33,762 nt of DNA, taken from Nemertoderma westbladi. Its lineage: Eukaryota > Animalia > Xenacoelomorpha. Numbering within the stretch: the stretch's first letter is position 1; every line of letters begins with the position of its first letter. Under the pieces are notes generated by a model. The model ran no database searches. It was not told the DNA's origin and was given only the letters and a program-made list of their open reading frames with translations. This document shows, in pieces, positions 11,482 through 23,758 of the stretch. Position numbers and translations under genes: made by a program. Where the stretch lies: the NCBI GenBank assembly GCA_032718475.1, contig JAUCBJ010005269.1, forward strand, positions 1 to 33,762. Direction: 5' to 3'.

Positions 11482-14400
11482 GTGACATCCACTTACAAGG
11501 CTCGCCCCATTGTTATCGCGTGTTTGATTCCCATGACATCCACTTACATGGCTCGCCCCATTGTTATCGCGTGTTTGATCCCCATGACATCCACTTACAT
11601 GGCTTGCCCCATTGTTATCGCGTGTTTAATCCTCATGACATCCACTTACATGGCTCGCCCCTTTGTTATCGCGTGTTTAATCCCCATGACATCCACTTAC
11701 ATGGCTCGCCCCATTGTTATCGCGTGTTTAATCCCCATGATATCCACTTACATGGCTCGCCCCATTGTTATCGCGTGTTTAATCCCCATGACATCCACTT
11801 ACATGGCTCGCCCCATTGTTATCGCGTGTTTAATCCCCATAACATCCACTTACATGGCTCGCCCCATTGTTATCGCGTGTTTAATACCCATGACATCCAC
11901 TTACATGGCTCGCCCCATTGTTATCGCGTGTTTAATCCCCATGACATCCACTTACATGGCTCGCCCCATTGTTATCGCGTGTTTAATCCCCATGATATCC
12001 ACTTACATGGCTCGCCCCATTGTTATCGCGTGTTTAATCCCCATGATATCCACTTACATGGATCGCCCCTTTGTTATCGCGTGTTTAATCCCAAGTGACG
12101 CTCCACTTACATTTCTTGCCCCATTGTTATCGCGTGTTTAATCCCCATAACATCCACTTACATGGCTCGCCCCATTGTTATCGCGTGTTTAATCCCCCTG
12201 ACATCCACTTACATGGCTCGCCCCATTGTTATCGCGTGTTTAATCCCCATGATATCCACTTACATGGATCGCCCCTTTGTTATCGCGTGTTTAATCCCAA
12301 GTGACGCTCCACTTACATTTCTTGCCCCATTGTTATCGCGTGTTTAATCCCCATGACATCCACTTACATGGCTCGCCCCAGTGTTATCGCGTGTTTAATC
12401 CCCATAACATCCACTTACATGGCTTGCCCCATTGTTATCGCGTGTTTAATCCCCATGACATCCACTTACATGGCTCGCCCCATTGTTATCGCGTGTTTAA
12501 TCCCCATGATATCCACTTACATGGATCCCCCTTTGTTATCGCGTGTTATGTCCCCATGACATCCACTTACATGGCTCGCCCCATTTTTATCGCGTGTTTA
12601 ATCCCTACGCTCCACTTACATGGCTCGCCCCATTGTTATCGCGTGTTTAATCCCTAGTGACGCTCCACTTACATGGTTCGCCCCTTATCGCGAGTTTAAT
12701 CCCTAGTGACGCTCCGCTTACATGGCTCGCCCCATTGTTATCGCGTGTTTAATCCCCATGACATACACTTACATGACTCGCCCCTTTGTTATCGCGTGTT
12801 TAATCCCCATGACATCCACTTACATGGCTTGCCCCTTTGTTATCGCGTGTTTAATCCCTAGTGACGCTCCACTTACATGGTTCGCCCCTTATCGCGAGTT
12901 TAATCCCTAGTGACGCTCCGCTTACATGGCTCGCCCCATTGTTATCGCGTGTTTAATCCCCATGACATACACTTACATGACTCGCCCCTTTGTTATCGCG
13001 TGTTTAATCCCCATGACATCCACTTACATGGCTCGCCCCATTGTTATCGCGTGTTTAATCCCCATGACATCCACTTACATGGCTCGCCCCTTTGTTATCG
13101 CGTGTTTAATCCCCATGACATCCACTTACATGGCTCGACCCATTGTTATCGCGTGTTTAATCCCCATGACATCCACTTACATGGCTCGACCCATTGTTAT
13201 CGCGTGTTTAATCCCCATGACATCCACTTACATGGCTCGCCCCTTTGTTATCGCGTGTTTAATCCCCATGACATCCACTTACATGGCTCGACCCATTGTT
13301 ATCGCGTGTTTAATCCCCATGACATCCACTTACATGGCTCGACCCATTGTTATCGCGTGTTTAATCCCCATGACATCCACTTACATGGCTCGCCCCTTTG
13401 TTATCGCGTGTTTAATCCCCATGACATCCACTTACATGGCGCGCCCCTTTGTTATCGCGTGTTTAATCCCCATGACATCCACTTACATGGCTCGCCCCTT
13501 TGTTATCGCGTGTTTAATCCATGACATCCACTTACATGGCTCGCCCCATTGTTATCGCGTGTTTAATCCCCATGACATCCACTTACATGGCTCGCCCCTT
13601 TGTTATCGCGTGTTTAATCCCCATGACATCCACTTACATGGCGCGCCCCTTTGTTATCGCGTGTTTAATCCCCATGACATCCACTTACATGGCTCGCCCC
13701 TTTGTTATCGCGTGTTTAATCCCCATGACATCCACTTACATGGCTCGCCCCATTGTTATCGCGTGTTTAATCCCCATGACATCCACTTACATGGCTTGCC
13801 CCTTTGTTATCGCGTGTTTAATCCCCATGACATACACTTACATGGCTCGCCCCTTTGTTATCGCGTGTTTAATCCATGACATCCACTTACATGGCTCGCC
13901 CCTTTGTTATCGCGTGTTTAATCCCCATGACATCCACTTACAGGGCTCGCCCCTTTGTTATCGCGTGTTTAATCCCCATGACATCCACTTACATGGCTCG
14001 CCCCATTGTTATCGCGTGTTTAATCCCCATGACATCCACTTACATGGCTCGCCCCAGTGTTATCGCGTGTTTAATCCCCATGACATCCACTTACATGGCT
14101 CGCCCCATTGTTATCGCGTGTTTAATCCCCATGACATCCACTTACATGGCTCGCCCCAGTGTTATCGCGTGTTTAATCCGCATGACATACACTTACATGG
14201 CTCGCCCCATTGTTATCGCGTGTTTAATCCCCATGATATCCACTTACATGGATCGCCCCTTTGTTATCGCGTGTTTAATCCCAAGTGACGCTCCACTTAC
14301 ATGGCTTGCCCCATTGTTATCGCGTGTTTAATCCCCATGACATCCACTTACATGGCTCGCCCCATTGTTATCGCGTGTTTAATCCCCATGACATACACTT

Positions 14401-14699
14401 ACATGGCTTGCCCCTTTGTTATCGCGTGTTTAATCCCCATGACATCCACTTACATGGCTCGCCCCATTGTTATCGCGTGTTTAATCCCCATGACATCCAC
14501 TTACATGGCTTGCCCCTTTGTTATCGCGTGTTTAATCCCCATGACATCCACTTACATGGCTAGATATCGCGTGTTTAATCCCCATGATATCCACTTACAT
14601 GGCTCGCCCCATTGTTATCGCGTGTTTAATCCCCATGACATCCACTTACATGGCTCGCCCCATTGTTATCGCATGTTTAATCCCCATGACATCCACTTA
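11482..14699. repeat. 51-bp satellite array, ~63 monomers
   Basis: Consensus ATGACATCCACTTACATGGCTCGCCCCATTGTTATCGCGTGTTTAATCCCC repeated head-to-tail with few variants. Confidence 0.97.
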
Positions 14700-15039
14700 A
14701 TTAATTAATTACTTAATTAACAGAAATCTAGTAAAATATCGCATAATATGTGATTATATGAGATGACTTGGTGGACCGTCCGTAGATGACGTCATAGTAG
14801 TGGCAATAGTGGCAGTTGAGTATAAAAAATTGAAAGTCTGAAAATTTAAAAGTTGAAGCTTCACAAACAATGTAAAAGTTACACAGTCAAATCGAAAAAT
14901 TTTACACTGATCTTCACGGGATAAAGAAAAAAACCTGGCTGGCATGGCGACGACACGAGTCTATGACAGGAGAGCCTTACTGAGGAGAACATGGGAACTC
15001 CTAACTATTTTAGGGCTACCATTGAAGTCACACCAAAAT

Positions 15040-15360
15040 TGATGAAAATTTCACCAAATATTGAAAACCATTTTAATTCAAAAAAATTATTCAATACCAA
15101 GTATAATATAGTCCCTCTAAATAAAATTATTCAAACACAAAAACAATTATAAAACGCCAAAATAACTAAATGTTCCCCAAAACCAATTATTCACACCAAA
15201 ATACATGACAAAACCCCCAAAATAAATACAAATTTTCCCAAATTGAATACATTTTCCCCAAAAATAAATCCATTATATTTTCCCCAAAATAAATACATAA
15301 TATTCCCCAAAAATAAATGCTTATTTCACAAAAATAATCAAATTTCTACCAAAATAAACA
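15040..15360. repeat. Degenerate A-rich tandem repeat (CCCAAAATAAAT-like core)
   Basis: Recurrent ccaaaataaa/cccaaaaataaa motifs about every 20-25 bp. Confidence 0.5.
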
Positions 15361-15699
15361 GACATTTAGTTTACACAGACTCTCAGTCGCAGACTATTGG
15401 TAAGAGGATCGTCGGTATAATACGATTAAACATTTTGTTTTATTTTATTATGGAAATAAAATTATGAATCAATTCGTATAATTAAATTTATGGAGGAAAA
15501 TTATTTTGGTAAAAAAAACGTGAGGTCATCTGTGATCGGAGTAAATATATTATTTCTGACGACATACAGACATATGTTTATTTATTGTCTTATTCCGATA
15601 GAGGAATACACACTCGTTCGTTATGTTATACATAAAGTAAACTTGGTATTGTAATATTCTATTATTTTATTGATTAAGTGGGACTTGTTCCAGGAAGTT

Positions 15700-16023
15700 G
15701 GCACTTCAGTCCAACTAGGTGGGGCACCTTATTCCAACTAGGTGGGGCACCTTATTCCAACTAGGTGGGGCACCTTATTCCAACTATGGTGGGGTACCTT
15801 ATTCCAACTAGGGTGGGGTACCTTATTCCAAATAGGGTGGGGTACCTCAGTCCATCTAGAATGGGGCAACTTAGTCTAACTAGGGTGGGGTACCTTATTC
15901 CAACTAGGGTGGGGCACCTTATTCCAAATAGGGTGGGGTACCTCAGTCCATCTAGAATGGGGCAACTTAGTCCAACTAGGGTGGGTCCCTTTAGTCCGAC
16001 TAGGGTGGGGTACCTCAGTCCAA
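15700..16023. repeat. 23/24-bp minisatellite (CCAACTAGGGTGGGGTACCTTATT) with a 96-bp four-monomer higher-order duplication
   Basis: Seen directly; the variant tccatctagaatggggcaacttag occurs twice, 96 bp apart. Confidence 0.9.
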
Positions 16024-16176
16024 AATCAGCGGGTTTATGGTGTATAGTGTAATGCAGTGAAAGTTTATAATCCCTGTCACTAAAGGACATTGTTGTTAGG
16101 AACGGCGCAGAGTTGAAGAGAGAGATATTGGGGAAGACAGGGCCTGTTCCATCGGGTCTTATCGAAGTGAGACGGC

Positions 16177-16940
16177 TGTTAGACACCTCCCATTAGTGTG
16201 CGATAAAGTGGACTGTATGGGGTGGGGAGTTGGGATGTTAGACACCTCCCATTAGTGTGCGATAAAGTGGACTGTATGGGGTGGGGAGTTGGGATGTTAG
16301 ACACCTCCCATTAGTGTGCGATAAAGTGGACTGTATGGGGTGGGGAGTTGGGATGTTAGACACCTCCCATTAGTGTGCGATAAAGTGGACTGTATGGGGT
16401 GGGGAGTTGGGATGTTAGACACCTCCCATTAGTGTGCGATAAAGTGGACTGTATGGGGTGGGGAGTTGGGATGTTAGACACCTCCCATTAGTGTGCGATA
16501 AAGTGGACTGTATGGGGTGGGGAGTTGGGATGTTAGACACCTCTCATTAGTGTGCGATAAAGTGGACTGTATGGGGTGGCCAGTTGGGATGTTAGACACC
16601 TCCCATTAGTGTGCGATAAAGTGGACTGTATGGGGTGGGGAGTTGGGATGTTAGACACCTCCCATTAGTGTGCGATAAAGTGGACTGTATGGGGTGGGGA
16701 GTTGGGATGTTAGACACCTCCCATTAGTGTGCGATAAAGTGGACTGTATGGGGTGGGGAGTTGGGATGTTAGACACCTCCCATTAGTGTGCGATAAAGTG
16801 GACTGTATGGGGTGGGGAGTTGGGATGTTAGACACCTCCCATTAGTCTGCGATAAAGTGGACTGTATGGGGTGGGGAGTTGGGATGTTAGACACCTCCCA
16901 TTAGTGTGCGATAAAGTGGACTGTAAGGGGTGGGGAGTTG
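16177..16940. repeat. 59-bp tandem array, ~13 near-identical copies
   Basis: Unit TGTTAGACACCTCCCATTAGTGTGCGATAAAGTGGACTGTATGGGGTGGGGAGTTGGGA; the last copy is cut by the LTR insertion. Confidence 0.97.
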
Positions 16941-18212
16941 TGTACGCGCTTTTGGAAGACCTTTAGCAGTTTAACCTGCCAAAATTTATATGTCTTTTGG
17001 TTTATAAATCGACTCTAGAAGATGACAATATTTAATACCAATAAACACAACATTAGCAGAAGCCAGCCTAGTGCGCCTCCATTCACCCGCTGGATAATCC
17101 CGGGAGACTGGATTCTGTCGGCTTAGATTATTATTGCAGTGAAGCTTACGGTATTGTATTATTCGATTGATCATTAATAATTAATTTCTGACTAATATTA
17201 TTCACTTTCGGGAAATATTAACAGTTCCTTTTAGGACGTGGCGCTCTATCTAAGTAAACAGAGATATGACTTATACTAATCACAACGGTAAGTCGGTAAG
17301 GCTTATGATTCACGTATGAGGCGCATTCTTTAGGAAATGCTTAGTTATCAGTCACAATCATGCACACTACCGGTAACACACAATACTGCTCACTAATTTG
17401 CCGACCGTCAATGAATTTTTATCATATATAAAGAGAATAGCAACGGACTCATGTAGGGCTTATCAAATAGCATTAAATTCAATACACACCACAATAATAT
17501 AAGTCGCAATCTCTATATATATAACCCGCCTCTCTAACCTGTAGTGTATCAAGAAAATTGGGAAATTTGGGTTCTTTATAAATGTTCTCCAAATAATATT
17601 CAATCCACTGATATAAGATATGACAACAGTAAAAACATTAAGACGGTAGGTTAAGATATGATATGAACAGATATGTACAGCGATATGCACTGATATGGAC
17701 CGATATGTGAGTTGTTATGAACCGATAACAGTCATACGCTCTATAATCTTAAGCCTACTAATGTTTCTTTCTAGAGCCGTTGTTTCTGGCTTAGACAGCA
17801 ATAACAACAAAGTATCAGTAAAAAACTGTAAGACTGAACAATCCCAGTATGATCGGCTCAAAGCTCCACATCGACAGAGAGAATCGCTCTGATTGGCTGA
17901 AGCCAAACAAAGAACCATGCGTCCAATGGCTGTTTCCATTTAAGCAACCAGCTGCTAGATGTCGTAATCTGAATCATCACGGCTAAGCTGTGTAAAAGTA
18001 TTTGCCGTATTGCGGGTTTTTTGCCTTACCATGTCCGCTAAAACACGTATATAGCAGAATGACTTTTATGTCCGTTAAAACACCTGTAACGGTACCTTGC
18101 GGGCGAGGGGAATATATACAGTTAGAGAACCTTTTTTAGAGTATTCCAGCGCCTGGGGGGAAACTGGATTGCGAAGCAAAGGGGCCAGTTATATCCCACA
18201 GAAGCTTTTACA
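16941..18212 (-). repeat. 3' LTR
   Basis: Direct repeat of 27454-28725; six substitutions found by eye and no indels. Confidence 0.97.
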
Positions 18213-18220
18213 CCGCTCCC
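18213..18220 (-). other. Polypurine tract (GGGAGCGG) abutting the 3' LTR
   Basis: Minus strand reads ...TTCTGGGAGCGG|TGTAAAAGC. Confidence 0.65.
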
Positions 18221-18290
18221 AGAAAATGGGATTTGAGTCTATAAAATATACAAAATCACAGTTTCTAATATACGTAAATACTCTAAACAG

Positions 18291-19739
18291 TTAGTCTTTC
18301 TTGCGCGGACGGCGTTTACGCAGTTTTTTAAAGCTAGCCAGAGTCCTTTTCTCTTTGGGGCGAGCCACTTTACAAGGAGGGCTATAACTCCTGGGTGAAG
18401 GGTGCAATATGATTGCATTAGAGGGTGTAGGATTATGGTCGGTGTATCCGTCAGTCGAAGTACCGGGTTGATTGACATCAACGTCAGGTGAGAGGGGTCT
18501 AACGGCTTTGAGAGCTCGTTTCAAGACAGCCGCTCTTACGGGTCCTTTACGAGTGGTCTGAACGAGGGCCGTGGGTGGACCATAGGCAGTTAGAAACTTC
18601 CGGGGTTTAATGGTCCTTTCCAACTCGCGTTCGCGGGCTCGGTATTCGTAAGGCCGTCGATATACTTCCTGTAACTCGGGGTGTGAGTTAACAAACAAGT
18701 CTCCATAGTCCGGATCCTAACGGATATAATTGATTAAGTTATAGGAATGAAGGTCGCTAGGATTAACACTCCTGAGAAATTTTCGTACGAACTTGGTTGA
18801 AATACATTCTCCGACGCGCTTCAGTAGTTCGTAACTCGATATGCGTGATTTCTGTTCGACAGAAGCGAATAGATAAGGATGGAACACATAAATTCCTTCG
18901 TAAGCGTGTCCAGGATAATAACGATGGCGCGAATCACAATGTAAATCAGCGTTCGCTTCCCAAGCTCTGATGTAACGTAGTGTGATCATTTCATCTACGC
19001 TTTCCAAATCGTGATTAAAAGGGCAATCGAAACTGGCGTGTCCCTTTAGTTGACAATGGTGACATTGAGTCATAAATTGAGGGCAAACCGCAAAAACGTG
19101 CAAATTATTAAATCTGCAATACACGCAATAAATTTCCATCGCCGGTTGTTCGTGGAAATAGGAACAACGGACGTTTGTGTCCATGGGCGTAACATGGTCT
19201 CTCGATACGCATAACCGACAACGTTGCCGAGAAACATAGTTGGCATGGCGATAATTATACGCAGTGAGACACTGTGGACCTTGATACCATTCTAGGATAT
19301 AATCGTTGTCGCTGTTCCGGGCGCGATAGGCTGAATCTCCTCAGATTCTAGGCATATTGGTTCGTCTTCCCAGTCTGTTACGAATAGAATTTTCGTGACC
19401 TATTCTCGGTTTATCGTTACGACTCCGCTGGGTATGATATTTAAATAGAACCATTTCCCTTTCGGTGTCTACATCGTCCGTGTCATGTAAATCGATAGGA
19501 TGGCTGGTAGTTAGGAAGTCCATATACGCACTATTACGATGCGTATAGCGAGCGGTGGATTTTCGATAGTCCAATTCACGCGCAAGTTGCTCTTGGGACA
19601 TCGGCGGTTCGATATAACGACCATCGTCCTCCGTAATGGTTGGATCGGCTTCACCGCGTATTAAGCTATCCACAAATGCTTGCAAAGGTAGAGTATATCG
19701 CTCCTTGATACCAAGATCATCTTCTATCAACTCCGTCAT
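18291..19739 (-). pseudogene. Accessory ORF of the LTR element: ~482 codons, three CCHC-type zinc motifs, basic C-terminus, two in-frame stops
   Basis: Listed ORFs 19341-19739, 18717-19184 and 18291-18698 share one frame, and the gaps are open (GDSAYRARN...CRLCVSRDHVTP; DPDYGD); only TGA 19341-19343 and TAG 18717-18719 interrupt it. Confidence 0.75.
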
Positions 19740-20494
19740 ATCTGCTATCTGAGTTTGTTAATATCGAAATGAGTTTATGTTTAGGCGAGCGGACGTCGCT
19801 GCCTACCTCTCTTTGCCCCCGGACAGTGGGATCCTCAGCGCTGATGTACCGTTGTCGCGGTGTTTACGCCAACATGTAGCAACAGTACGACAACGATAAC
19901 CGGCACAAGTCACTCCACTGTCCGTCCCAAAGGCTTGAATCCACTTTAGGTTCTTTCTGTAGGAGAGTTGGGTTACTTTCACAATTGCGACTAGCTACTG
20001 TAAACACACCTTAGCAGTAACATTCACCTACAAACGCACAAATTCCACACAACTGTCACCAATTGTACACATACAGGCCATTTGTCCGTTAGTCAGTGCC
20101 TTCCAGAATGTCACGTTATTACTGTGTATCCTTGGATACTAACAGTGTGCTATGTATTCTCTATGCTATGCAATGGGACAAGCTTTCTATTGTTCTTTTA
20201 ACTTGCTTCTAATTCTAGCGTGGGTGTTGCTATGGTGACATTATGGAATGCTAGCGGTAGAATTAGGGCAATTCTCATGCATACAGATCTGGGATGCTAT
20301 TTAATAATAATTCTTTAATTGTCAATATCCTCTTTATGCATGATTTTATTAATTTTATCGGCTATTGACTATATGTTGGAGATTCTCGCACTCTAATACA
20401 CTCAATAGGATGAATCTCCGCTCCCATGATCTATTAATTAATGGAATTTTGGGAATGTTATAAATTGTACAAAATGACAATTTATGAAATTCAT

Positions 20495-23400
20495 TTAAAA
20501 TATGAATTTAAATTTATTCCCGTGAATTTTATTATTTGATGTTAAAATTACTATGTAGCTTTTGTTAAGACCGTGAACTCTTACTTGAACTACAGGAAAT
20601 TCTCTGATTCCTACGTTGGAAGCTGGAGCTTTCCAAGATGGTTGTTTTGCGAAAGTAGTTGGGGGAAACTCATCGTTGATGTCCTTTTCGTAAGTAAGTG
20701 CTCGATACACTGCGGTATTGATTAGATAACAGGATTCGTTGGCGTCGGAGAATTCGTCAGTATAGAATCCTTCCATCTCAGATTCTTGATCAGTGTCATT
20801 TACATCACTGAATTGGACATGTAGTTCGGGCTCACTTACCTGACTCGGGTTGTTTCGTTCGAACTCACTGTGTAACAAGATGTGATGTTTCGCGCCACAC
20901 TTTGCACACTTTACGTCGGAGTAACAGGTTCGCCGTTGGTGTCCTGATCTGAGGCAATTATAGCATAACCGCTTATTCCACAGGACTGTACGTCTGTCTA
21001 CAAGGGATTTCTTTAGAAATTCAGCACACGCACTCAAACAGTGGGGCCCGTCGCACAGCGCACATTTTGGTTTGATGTTACTCACCTTAACTTGGTTAAC
21101 GTTCTGCACTCTCGTTCTTTCTTCGGGCTTTCTTCCGTGAATTCTCTTAGGAGACGTAGGAGGAGTTGTTGTTACCTGCTCTCTCCTGTCACTGGTTCGA
21201 GACTTGTATTTACTTACGTCTTTATAGGTCTTGTTGTCATAGTAAGATTTTGCTGTGTCCTTCCCGCTGTCCCCCTCTTGAGAAGCTTGGCTTTCGCCGT
21301 CGTCAGTATAACACACTGGTATTATCCTTCTCCTAGAAACGGGTTTCTCACTTACCTTATTTTCCGATGTTTTCTCTCTGGACTGCCTTATGAGTTGTAA
21401 TTTTACTTCACTATCTAGGAAAGACATGAGATCAGCCATGGTAGGACTTCGTCGTTGTTGTTCATTCATGTACAACACTTTCTTGTCCCAGCGTGTACAT
21501 ACTCCACCCTTTGGTAAAGTAGAGACTACGGCTCCAATAACCATGGAACTCTGATATTCATGCGACTTACCTAACCAGTCCAGTTGTCTACAGATCTCTT
21601 GAATTTCATCGGAAAACTCTATAATCCCGCTACTAAGGAAGTGTCGGGGGGCTACTAATTTTGCATACAAATACTTAGCTATGTTATCCTTGTTACCATA
21701 CCTGATGTTTAATGTATCCCAAACTTGTCTTAATCCATCTGGATGTCCAATAAACTTTAACGCCATTAACTTGGGAGGTCCTTCCAAGCACTTGATGAGG
21801 AATCTAAGTTTCTCTCCGTTAGATAGTACGGAGTTCTGTATGCTATCTTTGTAATATTCGTTGAAAGGTAACCATTTCATCTCATCTCCATTGAATTTGA
21901 CGATCTCTCCCACTTTGACCGCTTGGCGGGCTTCTGTTCTAGCCATCTGACGCGTAAAGCTTTCTTGGGCCATCGTGTTATTTAATATCGAATTATCGGT
22001 ATATGAATTTCTCGGATCATTATCAGGTCTATAGGGAATATCATTAATAACAGGTCTATAATCACCCTTAATAGGGTTTGCTATAGGAGTTTCTACTTCA
22101 CTAGCAGTATAGATGCGTGTAGGCTCCACACCTTGCGCATGTAGTACTTCAGACCTAACAGGTTGACACAATGTTACAGGGGGTATTGGTATGCCCTTTT
22201 GGATATTGACTAATTTGTCGCGTTCTAGTGCGATACTTTGCTGCACTTCTCGCAACTCTGCTCTATCTTCCCTCACTGTTCCCTTAAGTTGGTGGACAGT
22301 CTCCTGCATCTGTCCTAGCAGGAGATTCATCCCCCGCCGTCCCTCCTCTACCCACTCAACCGCCGAAGCGGGAGTCGCCAACATTGTAGCGGGCTGACGC
22401 GGGACGACGGGAGACAAATCTTTGATTCCTCTCTCAATGCTCAGGACGGGGATATTCGCATGGACTGTTCCACCGGGTACAGGCAGTGTAGTACTGTGTA
22501 AAGGGAATTTAGAGTTAAGCTCTGGAAGTGCAGGGGTCTCTAGCACAGAAGTGACTTGGGGAACGACAGGCCTAATTATTTCAGGCTCATCAACTATTGT
22601 AGGTAGTCTTTTGACCTAAATGGTTTGGTCTGTAGGTTCTGTACTACCTAAGTCTGTGCTAGCTAGTTGTCTTCTGACAGCTGGGGGCAAATCAGGCAAT
22701 TTGTGACGGTAAGATGTTTTTCTACGCCTGCTTAGACGAGATCTATTTCCTCCGCCTTCAGGATCGGTGGTTTCGCTTTCCTCCGATGAAGTATAGCCCT
22801 GGCGTTTGGGAGTAGATTTTCTCATCATCTGCATGTGACTAGCAGTTAACTGTTTATTTATGTTGTCTTGCGTCTCTTGCAGCTTCTCCAACTCCAGTTG
22901 GGTAGTCTGCTCAGACGCTCTTCGTTCTGCTTCTGCTACTGCCCTTTTCGCCCTTGCTTCTGCTTCTGCCATGGCCTCCTTTCTTTGTATTTCTGCTTCG
23001 GCTATTGCCGCTGCCTCCTTTCTTTCTGCTTCGGCTTCTGCGATTGCCGCCGCCCTTTGTTCCTCTATCCGTCTTTTCTTTACTTGTTCTTCTTGGACTC
23101 TAACGAGGCGGAGTTTTTCATCAAATTTAGCTTGGTTTGCAGCTAACATTTCCGCATCGATTGCGTCCAACACAAGCTTGGTTCCTTCACTATTAGGGCG
23201 AAGTCCAGACAGTCGTCTCCTCAACTCTTCGTCTCCTATGAATCGCTGATAGTCTGACAGATAGATGTCAATGGCGTCTCTAGTTCGCGGCTTCTCTGCT
23301 GATGTTAATTCGCTTTCCACTTCGCTTTCCACCTCGCTTTCCACTTGAGAAGAAGTGGCGCCGGTTGATTCTTCATAGGTTGGCCGCTCATCATAAACCG

Positions 23401-23758
23401 TATCCACCATCTTCGCTCCGTGTTCGGGTGTCCGCTCAGCAGTATCCGAACTACTGGAGCTATCGGGCCACTGAGAACTAGGTTCTAGGCTAGGATGTTG
23501 CTGCTGTTTGACAGCGGCTTCTTGATCCCGCTTGACTTGGGCCCGAGTACCGATGATAGACCTACGTTGTTCTACTAGCCTAGGGTCTGACACTACTACT
23601 GTAGGGATGGCCTTTTTTACAATAGTAGGTGACTTAGACTTGGATCTAGGATGTTCTATACTTGGATCTGGGTCACTGATCTTTTTAAGGCACTGTCTAA
23701 CAGTCATTCTAACACTTTCTAAGAGACTATCCGACAGTGATTGGGTTGTGTCTGACAT
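20495..23758 (-). pseudogene. gag: BEL/Pao gag (1087 codons with one in-frame TAG at 22616-22618) fused to a truncated protease start
   Basis: The 380-aa and 683-aa ORFs are in one frame and the linker VKRLPTIVDEPEIIRPVVPQVTS is open; DUF1759-like KFNGDEMKWLPF...EKLRFLIKCLEG...LNIRYGN; Pao triple knuckle CALCDGPHCLSAC / CYNCLRSGHQRRTC / CAKCGAKHHILLH; PVVQVRVHG resembles the protease start, but no D(S/T)G motif follows. Confidence 0.88.

Noticed and set aside
11482-14708. Long repetitive ORFs (MTSTYMARPIVIACLIP / HDIHLHGSPHCYRVFNP)
   Set aside because: They follow from a 51-bp unit that is stop-free in two frames; frequent indel monomers switch frames, so there is no sign of frame conservation
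11482-16940. CRISPR array interpretation of the 51-, 24- and 59-bp repeats
   Set aside because: Monomers are head-to-tail with no unique spacers, no cas genes are present, and the context is an intron-containing eukaryotic genome
16986-18294. Short ORFs within the LTRs (also at 27499-28452)
   Set aside because: No recognisable motifs; they are duplicated only because the LTRs are
18717-19184. Nanos-like zinc finger
   Set aside because: Spacing is CX2CX5HX4C-X6-CX2CX4HX4C, not the Nanos CX2CX12HX10C-X7-CX2CX7HX4C pattern
18291-23758. Alternative genetic code explaining the in-frame stops
   Set aside because: Both TAG and TGA interrupt frames, the host genes end at TAG at expected positions, and the Tc1 and host exons contain no internal stops
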